From Selaginella moellendorffii (Eukaryota > Plantae > Lycopodiophyta): a DNA stretch of 64,000 bases. Of this stretch, positions 35,998 through 47,919 are shown in pieces (positions within the stretch are counted from its first letter, which is position 1; every line of letters begins with the position of its first letter). The stretch lies in assembly GCF_000143415.4 (NCBI RefSeq), contig NW_003314262.1:5411876-5475875 (forward strand). The letters run 5' to 3'. The translations under genes and the position numbers were made by a program. A model generated the notes under the pieces. That model was not told where the DNA came from, ran no database searches, and saw nothing but the letters and a program-made list of their open reading frames with translations.

Positions 35998-37842
35998 TGT
36001 AAGGGACTAAATTTTCCATTTTACTTTAGTCACTTAACCACACCTCTGACCACTTGGAGGAGTCTCATTGACAACCTCCATAAGTCCAACTCAGGACTTG
36101 GGGGCTTGCTAGCCCCGAGAATGGCATCCATGCCACTCACCCTTAGCACTCGGTCCAAGTGCTCCACGTGTCCGATCCCATGATCGACAACCCAAGGTAT
36201 CACTGACATCTCGGCCCGTTACGCTAAGGCCATGCCCATTCACCTTTGCTGCGCAAATGGTCCAATACCACTTGCATCACCATCCCGTCTCTCCAAGACT
36301 GGGCCATCTGTCTACGAGGGGTCACCCTGGATCCACTCCTTAGCATCCTTAGGATGCCCACAGACCTGGGGAATCGCCTTCCCCAAAGTCCCTTTGTCAG
36401 TTCCTACCAAGTCCCTTTCTGCCCCTGGCCGTGTTTGCCAACACTGCCACTGGATCGAGGCCCACAGGCCCGACCACTAAGTCCCACGGTCCTCTGGGAC
36501 TTCCTCACCACACGACTGTGTCCTTGGTCACTACCCCAGAGGACTGCTCCTCTTCCTTTCCACAGTCTGGGCCTTTGGGACGACATTTCGGAACACCGTG
36601 GCCTTATGCGAGCCACCTGGGTACTCTCCCCACCTATCGCCTTTAGGTGCTCTAGCCATGGGCTTAGAGCGAGGTTCCGTTGAGCCACGCCTGGTATCCA
36701 AGTAGGTAGTGCCACCCACACTTGGACTGGGAGCATCGGCCAGTTGATCTCCCGGGGGAACTAGAGCCGGCTCTTGAACACTTCACCAAGCTACCCCGCT
36801 TGTCGGTCCGTATTCACTCTAGTCTTGGACTTCCCAGTGGTCAGTTCATCACCCAACACTGGGTCTGGCCTTCCTGGGCCAAACTGGCCTTTCCTGGCCA
36901 AACTGGCTCCACTGCAGTCCTCCCCCTACTATACTTTTGGAGCTCACCAAACCCCCCAGGGTCTGGGAGACGAACGCTTTGGGCTTTCACCCTCTCAGGC
37001 TCCGGACTCGGACTCGGACTCGGACTCGGACTCGGACTCGGATTCGGACTCGGACTCGGGCTCGGGCTCGGCCTCGGCCTCGGCCTCGGTCTCGGTCTCG
37101 TTCCCGATCTCGGTCTCGGTCTCGGTCTCGGTCCCGGTCTCGGTCTCGACTTCGGACTCCATCTCGGACTCCATTTCGGACTCCATCTCGGACTCCATCT
37201 CGGGTCCATCTCGGGTCCATCTCGGACTCCATCTCGGACTCCATCTCGGGTCCATCTCGGACTCCATCTCGGACTCCATTTCGGGTCCATCTCGGGTCCA
37301 CCTCGGACTCCATCTCGGACTCCATCTCGGACTCCATCTCGGGTCCATCTCGGACTCCACTTCGGACTCCAACTCGGGTCCATCTCGGGTCCACCTCGGA
37401 CTCCATCTCGGACTCCATCTCGGACTCCATCTCGGGTCCATCTCGGACTCCACTTCGGACTCCAACTCGGGTCCATCTCGGGTCCACCTCGGACTCCACT
37501 TCGGACTCCATCTCGGACTCCATCTCGGGTCCATCTCGGACTCCATTTCGGACTCCAACTCGGGTCCATCTCGGACTCCACTTCGGACTCCAACTCGAGT
37601 CCATCTCGGACACTCCCACGTGTCATGTGTTGGTCCTTTTGGGTCCCTTTTTGGAGCCTCGCCTTTTGCTCGCTTCGTGCTCGTTCCTTGAGCACTTCGT
37701 TGGGAGTTCCACTCCCGCTCTTGACTTTTCAAGTCGGAGCTTTTGGTCCAAATGTGTTACGCTCGTTTGGCTCTCGCTTCGGCCACTACCATGTGGCGCC
37801 CTTCCGGCTCCACTTTGGGGCCTAGGGATTTTGTGTCTCACA
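35998..37842 (-). repeat. 3' LTR (1845 bp)
   Basis: Near-identical to 41879-43688. Confidence 0.95.
37004..37611. repeat. LTR-internal micro/minisatellite: (GGACTC)n, then (GGTCTC)n, then 12/11-bp GGACTCCATCTC/GGGTCCATCTC
   Basis: Seen directly. Confidence 0.95.
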
Positions 37843-38924
37843 ACTCCACCACCCATAGACGAAGTTCGATGTCCTCATCGAACGGTAAACCCTTTTATAA
37901 AGTAACACTCGCAGGTATTACCATTCCCATCCTTGGCACCCGGCCAATATTTGTCTATGGTTTTACCCCGAAGGCTCACCATGCCTTGTCCATCCTCTAA
38001 GGAAGATAGTCTCTCCAACTTAGAAACTGGTTGGACCACTTGGGGTGGTTCTTTCCGTTTATTGGTTTAGTTCTCGCTAAACCCGTTAGAGGCACCCTCT
38101 CTAACTCAATTCCACTACTCATTCTTGAGTAGTCACAGATTCCATTGATCTACCTTTGCACTTTGGAACGTTTACTTTTGACTTCTCGAAGTCAATTTTC
38201 TAGGTGTCTCCGACACCTTGCCTTGCACATTTTGTGCAACTCCACTTCCCCTCCTAGGAAGTTCTCTACTCGAGGGCACCCTCATCCTTTTTTCTATTTT
38301 TGTGCCACCATTGGCATTACGTTCCATTTATCATTATTTGTGCTAGGGCTGTCCACGGCCCTATCTTTTGGCTACTTAGTTGCTCCCTCACTTGGAGCCT
38401 TTCCTTCACCAAATTGGAGCACTTGGGAATCCATCCTTGGAAGTCCACTTCTTTTTCCGCAATCCGTTAGCATCAACCGCCTTAGTGTTCCTTGGCTAAC
38501 TTTGCCACTTGGATTCTTTCCAATGGATTCCACGGCCCTATCTTGGGCACTCATCTTTTGCTCCTATCCTTGGATTGTTGCACCAAGCAACATAGGATCG
38601 CTACCTCCATTTTTGAGGTTTCCTTTCGGTTCCATAGCAAAGACTCTTCTTTGCCAAGTCCGGAGGATGTTCACCCCTAGTATGTCTCTTTAGCATCTTC
38701 TGCTATGGGCTCTATCCATGGCCCAACTTCGTGACCCTCCCATGGGTCTTTTATAGAGACTACTTTCCTCGGACTCACTATGCCATCGCACGGACATAGT
38801 TTATTTCCCTTAGGTGCTCTTCCCACTTGGTTATCACGACCAAGCCACACCACCTTAAACAGTTCAATTTCAACATTTTGAACCAGGAACTTCATTCCTT
38901 AGCCAACCAAGGACCTTGTCCTTT

Positions 38925-39430
38925 TCTGGCCATAAGATCACCTAGTGATCTCACCTTGGCACCTTAACAGAGTTGCCAAGAGGTACTTGGTCTTCTAGAC
39001 CTCCAAGTTGTTGACTATAACCCCGGGGGCATCCCCCACACTTGGCGGTGCACCCAAGCTAGCCCTTACGGCCAAGGGTCCATAGCAACTAAGATTAGGT
39101 GTCCCCATCTCACTCACCACGACCTTGGTGCCACTTGCACCAAAGTGTTCAAGTTAGATATGCTGAGCTTTCACACTAAGCAATCTAACCGTGCATCACG
39201 ACTCCGAGGCATCCCTCGCTTGGCGGTGTGCCCAAACCAGTCTCCCCACTGAGAGTCCATGACCACCGAAATATGAGTGTCCTCATATTCCAAACCATCA
39301 CCACGCCCTAGTGATTTGGGACTCGAACCCAAGCACTAGAGGGTCGGGACTCGAACCCAACCTCCGTATATGCATCTACGGACGGCATCACCCAGGATGC
39401 CTGGCGTGACTCCCCACGCCGGTGCACCAA
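38925..39430 (-). other. Dense array of RNA stem-loops inside the retroelement
   Basis: Two approximately 80-nt multibranch modules (39010-39089, 39189-39268) plus five abutting hairpins (39306-39420). Confidence 0.65.
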
Positions 39431-41878
39431 CCTATTTTTAAAGCGCGCTACAGATCACAGCTTAGGAACCTAGTTCCTCCACACTGCCAAGTCCTCTCAC
39501 TTGACATGTCTGTGATCATGCATGGACTCCTCCATGCTCGGCCCCATGGCCCACCCTTTTTGAAGTTATCACCTTCAACTAGGGTATTTGTTCCCCCGAC
39601 GTGCCAATCTCGCTTGGCAAGTCCTCCGTCCACTGTAACATGGTTCCTGCATAAGCGTGAAAGTCCTTGACCATTGACTTTCGTTCAAAGCCCTCTCTTT
39701 GAACACTCGGGAACTACTTCCCTAACCTTGATAGCCTTGCCTCATGGCAAGCTTCAAGACCACGCTTCTGCTGCGCCACTCTGATTTCACGCGTTCCATG
39801 AACCATTTACACTTGGCCTTTCTAGGTACTAAGCAACCTAGAATCGTCTTTGGGAACCTTGAAGGAACTCTGTCCCTCAGCTTGTTAAGGCCTCCCTTTT
39901 TGCAAGCCTTCCAAATGCCACATAGTCTAACATGGACAATTCCATATTTTAGACTCTCCATGGCATCACGGTTGCTAGCGGCAACACCCTTGAGCCCCCA
40001 CTTGATTCTCCACTCCCAGCTGGCATAACCAACCTTGGTTATGCCCTGATTCTTATGGTTCGGTTCTATCCCCTTACTTCTTGCTTTTTGGCTTCACACC
40101 TTTCCTTTGGTCATTCTCCTCCAGACCAGGAGGATAGCTTTGCACTTTCTATCACGCTTTAGCAAGTATTCTTAGGGATGAACCTACCCAATAGCCTAGG
40201 GAGTGGTTCCTCAATCCGGGTATGCTCACCTTATAATCCCACACACTAGGATTACATTGTTGCTTATGGGCCTTTACATGCCCATCACTAGCCTTGCCAA
40301 AATTCCATTTTTGGCTTTGTCCAACTTGGGTAGACAGTCCTCTCCTGTCTCCGCAACCTTGGACATTTGGATAGCACCTTCTATCCATCATTCGCTAGGG
40401 ACTTAGTCCCTTGGGCTTTATCTATTGCCCTCGCGACATCAAACACCACCTTCTGGTGTTCTAGAGTGTTCGGGTGTCCCAATGATGGCTTTCTTAACAA
40501 TGAGTATTTCCTTTTATGACATTGACTTACTATATCGCAACATAAGCAACTTATCCCCCGTAAGGGTATATCCGACTTCCCTATACTAGAAGTCTTGGGT
40601 AGCTACCTTCTACCCGTTTAACCAGTTATTTTGCACCTCTTGTTTAGTTGCCTCATAGTTGTCAAGTCCTACAACTCATTGCTTGGTGCTTTCACACCTC
40701 CATCACTATCTGGGTCACCACACTCCAACTGCATGCTCTGCAGCTTAGGCTATGCCATTCCCATTTCCATTGGGATTCCTTTGGCAAGGGGTTCTCATGA
40801 ACCCACCAACATAGCCTCAAGGTATCACACCTTGACACATTTGGTGTCTCCACACCATCGGCTCCACGAGCCTACCTCTATGACACTTTCCCTTCGTATC
40901 TAAGTCTTTGCCAAGACCAACACCGCCCTTTCTCATGCCAACCATCTGTTAGCATTGCACCATAGAGGTCACACACAACTTTGTGTCAAAGTTGTTTTCT
41001 TCTAGGAACACCTTTCCCATAACTTTAGCATTGCATATTTTGCCATCGATGAGATACCCTCTGTTCTCATCCTTGGATCCTATGATCCCCCCCCATCCTT
41101 TGTGGGGTACAACACACCTCAGTCCAAATGCTTCCATCGGTCCTTTTAGGACCATCCGTTGACTCTGCTTGAGTCATCCAGCAGTTTTGGACTTGGTTAA
41201 TCCACAGACCCGTAAGGTCCTACTTGTGAGGCACTAGCTCACTGGAATACACTTCTTGCATTCCTGTCCTACTCAAAAGGACTATTTTCACAAGTGTTAC
41301 TCCGACACTTGATTTTGTTCTTTGGGGGCAACCTTTGCCCCTTAGGACTACTAGTCCATGTGATGAGAACACCAACTCATCCACTTAATACACCCCCAAC
41401 TCCTTGGGTTGTTCCAGCATTTATTAGAGGTAGCCCCGGCTACCTTTTCAAAGACTTGAGTCCTCTTCCGTATTTGACCTCCCACGGTCATTACTTCTGG
41501 TCTCGCTTTCATGAGCACCAACCTCAACTATGTGAGGATAATCTTGTGACTCCTTCATTGTTTTGGAGTCTCTATCTTTCCCGTGATCCCAACTTTAGTC
41601 GATTTGCTAAGACAAATGCTCATCCGGATCACATCCTCAACTCAATGAGGAAAACCTTGCACTGTTCCCAAGATCCCAAAGTCGTTCCATTATTGGCCCT
41701 TTTCTATCCACCACCTCGTCTACAAGTTCACACATGAACTGTAATGGAGAGCCATGTCTTCCCGACTTGCTACTCCTCAAGGATAGGCCCACTCCTCGGA
41801 CCTTCCGATGCCAACACTAGTGGTGATATACTTGAGCACCAATAAAAGTCGGACTAAGGAACAGCTCCGATACCAAAT

Positions 41879-43688
41879 TGTAAGGGACTAAATTTTCCAT
41901 TTTACTTTAGTCACTTAACCACACCTCTGACCACTTGGAGGAGTCTCATTGACAACCTCCATAAGTCCAACTCAGGACTTAGGGGCTTGCTAGCCCCGAG
42001 AATGGCATCCATGCCACTCACCCTTAGCACTCGGTCCAAGTGCTCCACGTGTCCGATCCCATGATCGACAACCCAAGGTATCACTGACATCTCGGCCCGT
42101 TACGCTAAGGCCATGCCCATTCACCTTTGCTGCGCAAATGGTCCAATACCACTTGCATCACCATCCCGTCTCTCCAAGACTGGGCCATCTGTCTACGAGG
42201 GGTCACCCTGGATCCACTCCTTAGCATCCTTAGGATGCCCACAGACCTGGGGAATCGCCTTCCCCAAAGTCCCTTTGTCAGTTCCTACCAAGTCCCTTTC
42301 TGCCCCTGGCCGTATTTGCCAACACTGCCACTGGATCGAGGCCCACAGGCCCGACCACTAAGTCCCACGGTCCTCTGGGACTTCCTCACCACACGACTGT
42401 GTCCTTGGTCACTACCCCAGAGGACTGCTCCTCTTCCTTTCCACAGTCTGGGCCTTTGGGACGACATTTCGGAACACCGTGGCCTTACGCGAGCCACCTG
42501 GGTACTCTCCCCACCTATCGCCTTTAGGTGCTCTAGCCATGGGCTTAGAGCGAGGTTCCGTTGAGCCACGCCTGGTATCCAAGTAGGTAGTGCCACCCAC
42601 ACTTGGACTGGGAGCATCGGCCAGTCGATCTCCCGGGGGAACTAGAGCCGGCTCTTGAACACTTCACCAAGCTACCCCGCTTGTCGGTCCGTATTCACTC
42701 TAGTCTTGGACTTCCCAGTGGTCAGTTCATCACCCAACACTGGGTCTGGCCTTCCTGGGCCAAACTGGCCTTTCCTGGCCAAACTGGCTCCACTGCAGTC
42801 CTCCCCCTACTATACTTTTGGAGCTCACCAAACCCCCCAGGGTCTGGGAGACGAACGCTTTGGGCTTTCACCCTCTCAGGCTCCGGACTCGGACTCGGAC
42901 TCGGACTCGGACTCGGACTCGGATTCGGACTCGGACTCGGGCTCGGGCTCGGCCTCGGCCTCGGCCTCGGTCTCGGTCTCGTTCCCGATCTCGGTCTCGG
43001 TCTCGGTCTCGGTCCCGGTCTCGGTCTCGACTTCGGACTCCATCTCGGACTCCATTTCGGACTCCATCTCGGACTCCATCTCGGGTCCATCTCGGGTCCA
43101 TCTCGGACTCCATCTCGGACTCCATCTCGGGTCCATCTCGGACTCCATCTCGGACTCCATTTCGGGTCCATCTCGGGTCCACCTCGGACTCCATCTCGGA
43201 CTCCATCTCGGACTCCATCTCGGGTCCATCTCGGACTCCACTTCGGACTCCAACTCGGGTCCATCTCGGACTCCATCTCGGGTCCATCTCGGACTCCACT
43301 TCGGACTCCAACTCGGGTCCATCTCGGGTCCACCTCGGACTCCACTTCGGACTCCATCTCGGACTCCATCTCGGGTCCATCTCGGACTCCATTTCGGACT
43401 CCAACTCGGGTCCATCTCGGACTCCACTTCGGACTCCAACTCGAGTCCATCTCGGACACTCCCACGTGTCATGTGTTGGTCCTTTTGGGTCCCTTTTTGG
43501 AGCCTCGCCTTTTGCTCGCTTCGTGCTCGTTCCTTGAGCACTTCGTTGGGAGTTCCACTCCCGCTCTTGACTTTTCAAGTCGGAGCTTTTGGTCCAAACG
43601 TGTTACGCTCGTTTGGCTCTCGCTTCGGCCACTACCATGTGGCGCCCTTCCGGCTCCACTTTGGGGCCTAGGGATTTTGTGTCTTACA
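41879..43688 (-). repeat. 5' LTR (1810 bp)
   Basis: Near-identical to 35998-37842; PBS adjacent at about 41864-41875. Confidence 0.95.
42885..43457. repeat. Same satellite in the other LTR, 35 bp shorter
   Basis: Seen directly. Confidence 0.95.
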
Positions 43689-46060
43689 CACGAGCATGAA
43701 GAAAGAGAAAGAGAAACTCTGGTGAAGGAAGAAAGCCAAGAACAAACTCGCGTGGATGAAAATGTGGACAAAGAAAAGGTACAGTTTTATGTTTATTTAG
43801 TTACTCGTCTTTGGAGAAGCTAAAGACTAATTACTATTTTCAGAGAGAGGTGCAGGAAGGGAAGGATGGGGAAGACGAACAGGAGGGAATAAGGAAGGAG
43901 CAAGAACAAAAGAAGAAAAATACTGAGGATTTAGCTCTCGTTATTGTGCAGCACGAGCATGAAGAAAGAGAAAGAGAAACTCTGGTGGAGGAAGAAAGCC
44001 AAGAACAGCAAGAACGAACTCGCGTGGATGAAAATGCGGACAAAGAAAAAGTAAGGGTTTATGCTTATTAGTTATTAGTCTTTGAACAAGAAAAAGACTA
44101 ACTAATATTTCAGAGAGAGGTGCAGGAAGGGAAGGATGAGGAGGACAAACAAGACAATGAAAAAGAGAAGGACGACAAACGAGATGATGGGGATGACGTT
44201 GAAGAGGATGAAGATGTGCAAGACGCGGAGCTTCAAACAGGTAATCTTAACCAGAAGAGAATTTGCCAATTTTATTTTATATATGAGATTTTTTGCAGCG
44301 ATAAAGGGCTGCTCATCATAAATACTGATTTGCAGTCCCTGAATGCCGATGGAATGATAAATGACATGGTTATAAACTTCTTCATCCTGTAAGATATTTA
44401 ATTATTTCTTTTTTATTTTAACACATTTTTCAAGAAACCTGAATCTAAAACAAGGTCAACATATCTTCAATAGCTTCTTCTATTCATATTTGTGTCAAAA
44501 AGTAAGAGTTTGAAATTTGAAATTTGAAGTTTTATGTATTTTTTCTTTAATTTTCAGGAGTACGAAAAAATAAGGAAATGGAAGAACCATCTGAATATTT
44601 TTGAGAAAAAGTGTCTATTATTGCCCGTTTTCAAAGCGTAAGTTTCTTTCTTTTGTTTTTATTCTTTGGCCTTCTAACTTACTATAAACCATTTATTAGA
44701 GCCCACTGGAGTTTGGTCATCATTTCTCTTAGGGCCGACCAAACATCAATCTTTCACCTAGATTCCATGCATCCCATTGGACACGACAGTAGCGAAATCT
44801 TCAAGACTATCAGGGAGTACCTGGAAAGTGAGTGGAGATACTATAATGGTGGAAAGCCCATGATCAAAATCGGCATAAAGAAACTGAAGGTTTGTTTTAC
44901 GTTGGTCTTAGTTTATTATTTGACCTTGTTCGAATTTCTAAGTTCCGCACTAGAGCAATGTTGTGGACTGTGGAGTCTACATGATGCACTTCATGGAGAC
45001 ATTCATACAGAAATCTCCTGACAATCTTATGATGGAGTTTGTAGATAAAATGGTATGTTGATAAGAAAATATTTGTATTAGTCTCTGAATTTGGGTGTTT
45101 TGTAGCTTTTCTCCAACAAAATCATCCTTAGACGCCGGATACGATATGAAATTCTAAAAGCTGTTGCAAGTTCTGCCAATAAGCCCAAGAAGGTGCTTAA
45201 AGTGTATAGAAGATACAAACACTAGTTCTTGGTATCTATGATGCTAACAAAAACTCAGAAAAACTAAATTGACAAATCATTTAGTTTTATTTTAAGTTTG
45301 TTACTCATCTTTGAACATGCTAACAACTAAAATATTTGCAAGGAGATGTGCAAGACGACGGAATAAGAAATGATGAGGGAGAAGACTAGGAACAGCAAGC
45401 AAAAGCTCGCATGCAGCAGGATGAAAATGCGAAGGACAAAGAAAAGGTATAGATTTATATTATAGTTACTCGTCTTCGGACAAGCTAAAGACTAACCACT
45501 ATTTGCAGAGAGATGACACAATAAGGAATGATGAGGAGGAGAAGCAACAACGATGTGACCAGGAAGTGGTAGTTTTCTTATGGTGTAAACTATTTCTTGT
45601 TTTTAACTCTCTGTATTGTGCATCACGAGCATGAAGAAAGAGAAAGAGAAACTCTGGTGGAGGGAGAGAGCCAAGAACAACAAGAAAGAGCTCGCGTGGA
45701 TGAAAATGCAGACAAAGAAAAGGTAAAGTTTTATGTTTATTTAGTTACTCGTCTTCAGACAAGGTAAAGACTAGCCAATATTTTCAGAGAAACAACGGAA
45801 TAAAGAACGATGAGGAGGAGCGACAACGATGTGAGCAGGAAGTGGTAATTTTCTTATTGCATAAACTAGTTCTTGTTCTTATCTCTCTGTATTGTGCAGC
45901 ACAAGCATGAAGAAAGAGAAAGAGATACTCTAGTGGAGGGAGAAAGCCAAGAACAGCAAGAAAGAATTCGTGTGGATGGAAATGCAGACAACGAAAAGGT
46001 AATTTTTTATGTTTATTTAGTTACTCATCTTCATAGCTAAAGACTAACCACTATTTGCAG
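43689..46060 (+). repeat. Tandemly duplicated exon+intron cassettes (HEHEERERETLVE..)
   Basis: CACGAGCATGAAGAAAGAGAAAGAG at about 43689, 43952, 45624 and 45900, each with the following intron conserved. Confidence 0.85.
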
Positions 46061-46838
46061 AGAGATGCCCAGAAAAACAATGGAATAAGGAAGGAAACTT
46101 CACCAAAAACATTCTTCCGAAGGTGTCAACAAATAGCTTCATCCTTATCTTTCTCCTGCTTACGTGCAGTAACAACTTCTTGCTCCTTGTCATTCCCCTT
46201 GACATTTTTTGGGTGACAAAGCAGACGACCAAGTAGACCTTAAGCCAAATGAAAAGCTAAAGACTAATTGCTAGATGCAGGAAAATGCAAAATGCAAAAG
46301 AGCAAATGTAACTCAGATGAGTCAAGACATTTTGAGGCTCTGTCCTAGCTTGGATTTTTCCACCCGGAAGGCATTTCTACAAAGCATGAAAGCTTACAAC
46401 AAGATTCATGGTAAGTTCTTCAAAGAAAAGTTTAGAAAGACTGACACGTACATGAGCATTTTGAGCTATATTCAAAAAGTAGTCTGTGAGGCTCATCCGT
46501 TATAAAGAGATATCCGTCAGGAACCTGAAGCTTGTTGATAGCCAAAACTCATAGCAAATACCATTAACTATTTACCATTAACTTATTCCAGTCGTCTAGC
46601 GGCGGGAGATAATTCCGGTTTAGGGTGAGGGCATTTTGTAGAGCTTGTTGGAAGGCGAGGGCGGCAGCACTAGAAGGGAGCTAGAACAGAATGCGATTCG
46701 GTTTGTGAAAATCTCTCCTCTTTTCTCCTAGATTTTAGGTCCATTTCGCTGGCAGCTTGAAATGTGATTTGATTCGTGGGTGTGCTGGATGCCACGCCGC
46801 TGGAGGAGCAACTCGTTCACATTCTTTCCCAGTTACCA

Positions 46839-47534
46839 ATGACTACCAGCGCTAGTAGCGGCCGGCTGCAGCTTGCCACTGACGGCTCGCTTTGCATCAT
46901 GGAAGCGCTGGAGCAGCGAAGATCCACTCTTGATCAAGGTGACCACCACATTCTTTTTTCTTCATTTTTTTTCATGGTTTCAAAGCTTCTTTGCAGCCAA
47001 GCCTGGCATCTGTAATGCCACTTATTTTCTCCCATTTTTCTTTCTTTCTCCTGCTTCTATCTTCTATCTGCTTCTTCTTCCTCTTTTGTTTGCGTCCTGG
47101 CACTAGAATTATTCTTTCTCTTGGATGATACTGTTGTTCTAATCAATTCCTGCATAGATCAATCGCCAACAAGAAAATTAGAGGAGGCATTCCAGTTTTG
47201 TGAAATTTCATCACCCATCCTTGACTTTGGGAAGCATGCAGGGCAAAAACTAGAGGATGTAGACGATGGATACCTCCAATGGATGGCACAAAGGTTTGGT
47301 AGTGAGAAAAAAGTGAAATGGAACGAATGGGGTGCAAAAACAATCAAGGAATTATCTAGAAGGCTTGGTTCTGAAGTGGCTGTTGTGGCTATAGCACAAG
47401 AGCATGGAGGTGAGCACGGCACTTGTCCTTCTTGCCAAGCTATGAAAGAAGCAGTAGAAGCAGCTTTGAAAGCTTATCAAGCTTTGCAGACAGCATTAGA
47501 TCATTGTCCATGTAAAAAAAAATGTAAGAAATGA
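46839..47534 (+). CDS. Small two-exon protein with an FGKHxG..YLxW domain (DUF3820 / exonuclease X C-terminal-like) and Cys-rich tail
   Basis: GT-AG intron 46939-47157 joins the two ORFs in frame; LDFGKHAGQKLEDVDDGYLQWM. Confidence 0.55.
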
Positions 47535-47919
47535 CACTTCCAAGCCTAAACAATGCTATGATTGCACACAATTTACTTGGTTGGAAATTCCAAGTTTAGG
47601 AGAGTTTTTGGACTTACAACAAGAAAATCATTTACTCTAACCATAAACACCAGATACAATCCTTTGAGCAGCCTGGGGAGGGGACACACTCTGTCGGCAA
47701 TGTCCAGCTCCCCTCCTACTGAGCAAGTACTGATCAGCTTGCCCAATTTTTTTGTAATTAGTCCCTAAGGATATATGGAATGTATATGCATGTTTGTATT
47801 TTTGGTAAATTGAGTGAATAGGCTTGTACATCTGACCCCTCTCCATCTTCTGACCTCAAAAATCTGACTTACAGAAGGCTGAAAAAAACCTTGAGCAGTA
47901 GTTTACAAGCCACCATTTC

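Larger units (their letters stand above)
35998..43688 (-). mobile_element. Non-autonomous LTR retrotransposon (probably Ty3/gypsy-derived, LARD-like), 7691 bp
   Basis: TG..CA ends; 5-bp TSD CACGA (35993-35997 and 43689-43693); tRNA-iMet-like PBS TGGTATCGGAGC next to the right LTR; purine-rich PPT GGGTGGTGGAG next to the left LTR; the 4-kb interior has no long ORF. Confidence 0.95.
34836..46505 (+). pseudogene. Ulp1/C48 SUMO-protease-like pseudogene with N-terminal C2H2-like finger and acidic repeats, interrupted by an LTR element
   Basis: KPYVC..C..F..LNQHRIRIH; DLQSLNADGMINDMVINFF; HIFNSFFY; HWSLVII..FHLDSM; VPH*SNVVDCGVYMMHF with a stop at the oxyanion Gln. Confidence 0.8.

Noticed and set aside
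37004-37611. CRISPR-like array
   Set aside because: There are no unique spacers or cas genes, and the context is eukaryotic.
36722-37905. Long ORFs in all six frames (SD-, RS-, GL- and WSPR-rich), repeated at 42603-43823
   Set aside because: An artefact of a stop-free tandem repeat in the LTRs; no domain or codon evidence.
39318-39360. tRNA gene or SINE head
   Set aside because: B-box-like T arms are present, but there is no acceptor stem, D arm or properly spaced A box.
35998-43688. Retrozyme (hammerhead-carrying LTR element)
   Set aside because: I found no CUGANGA..GAAA core with supporting stems by eye, and the element is much larger than described retrozymes.
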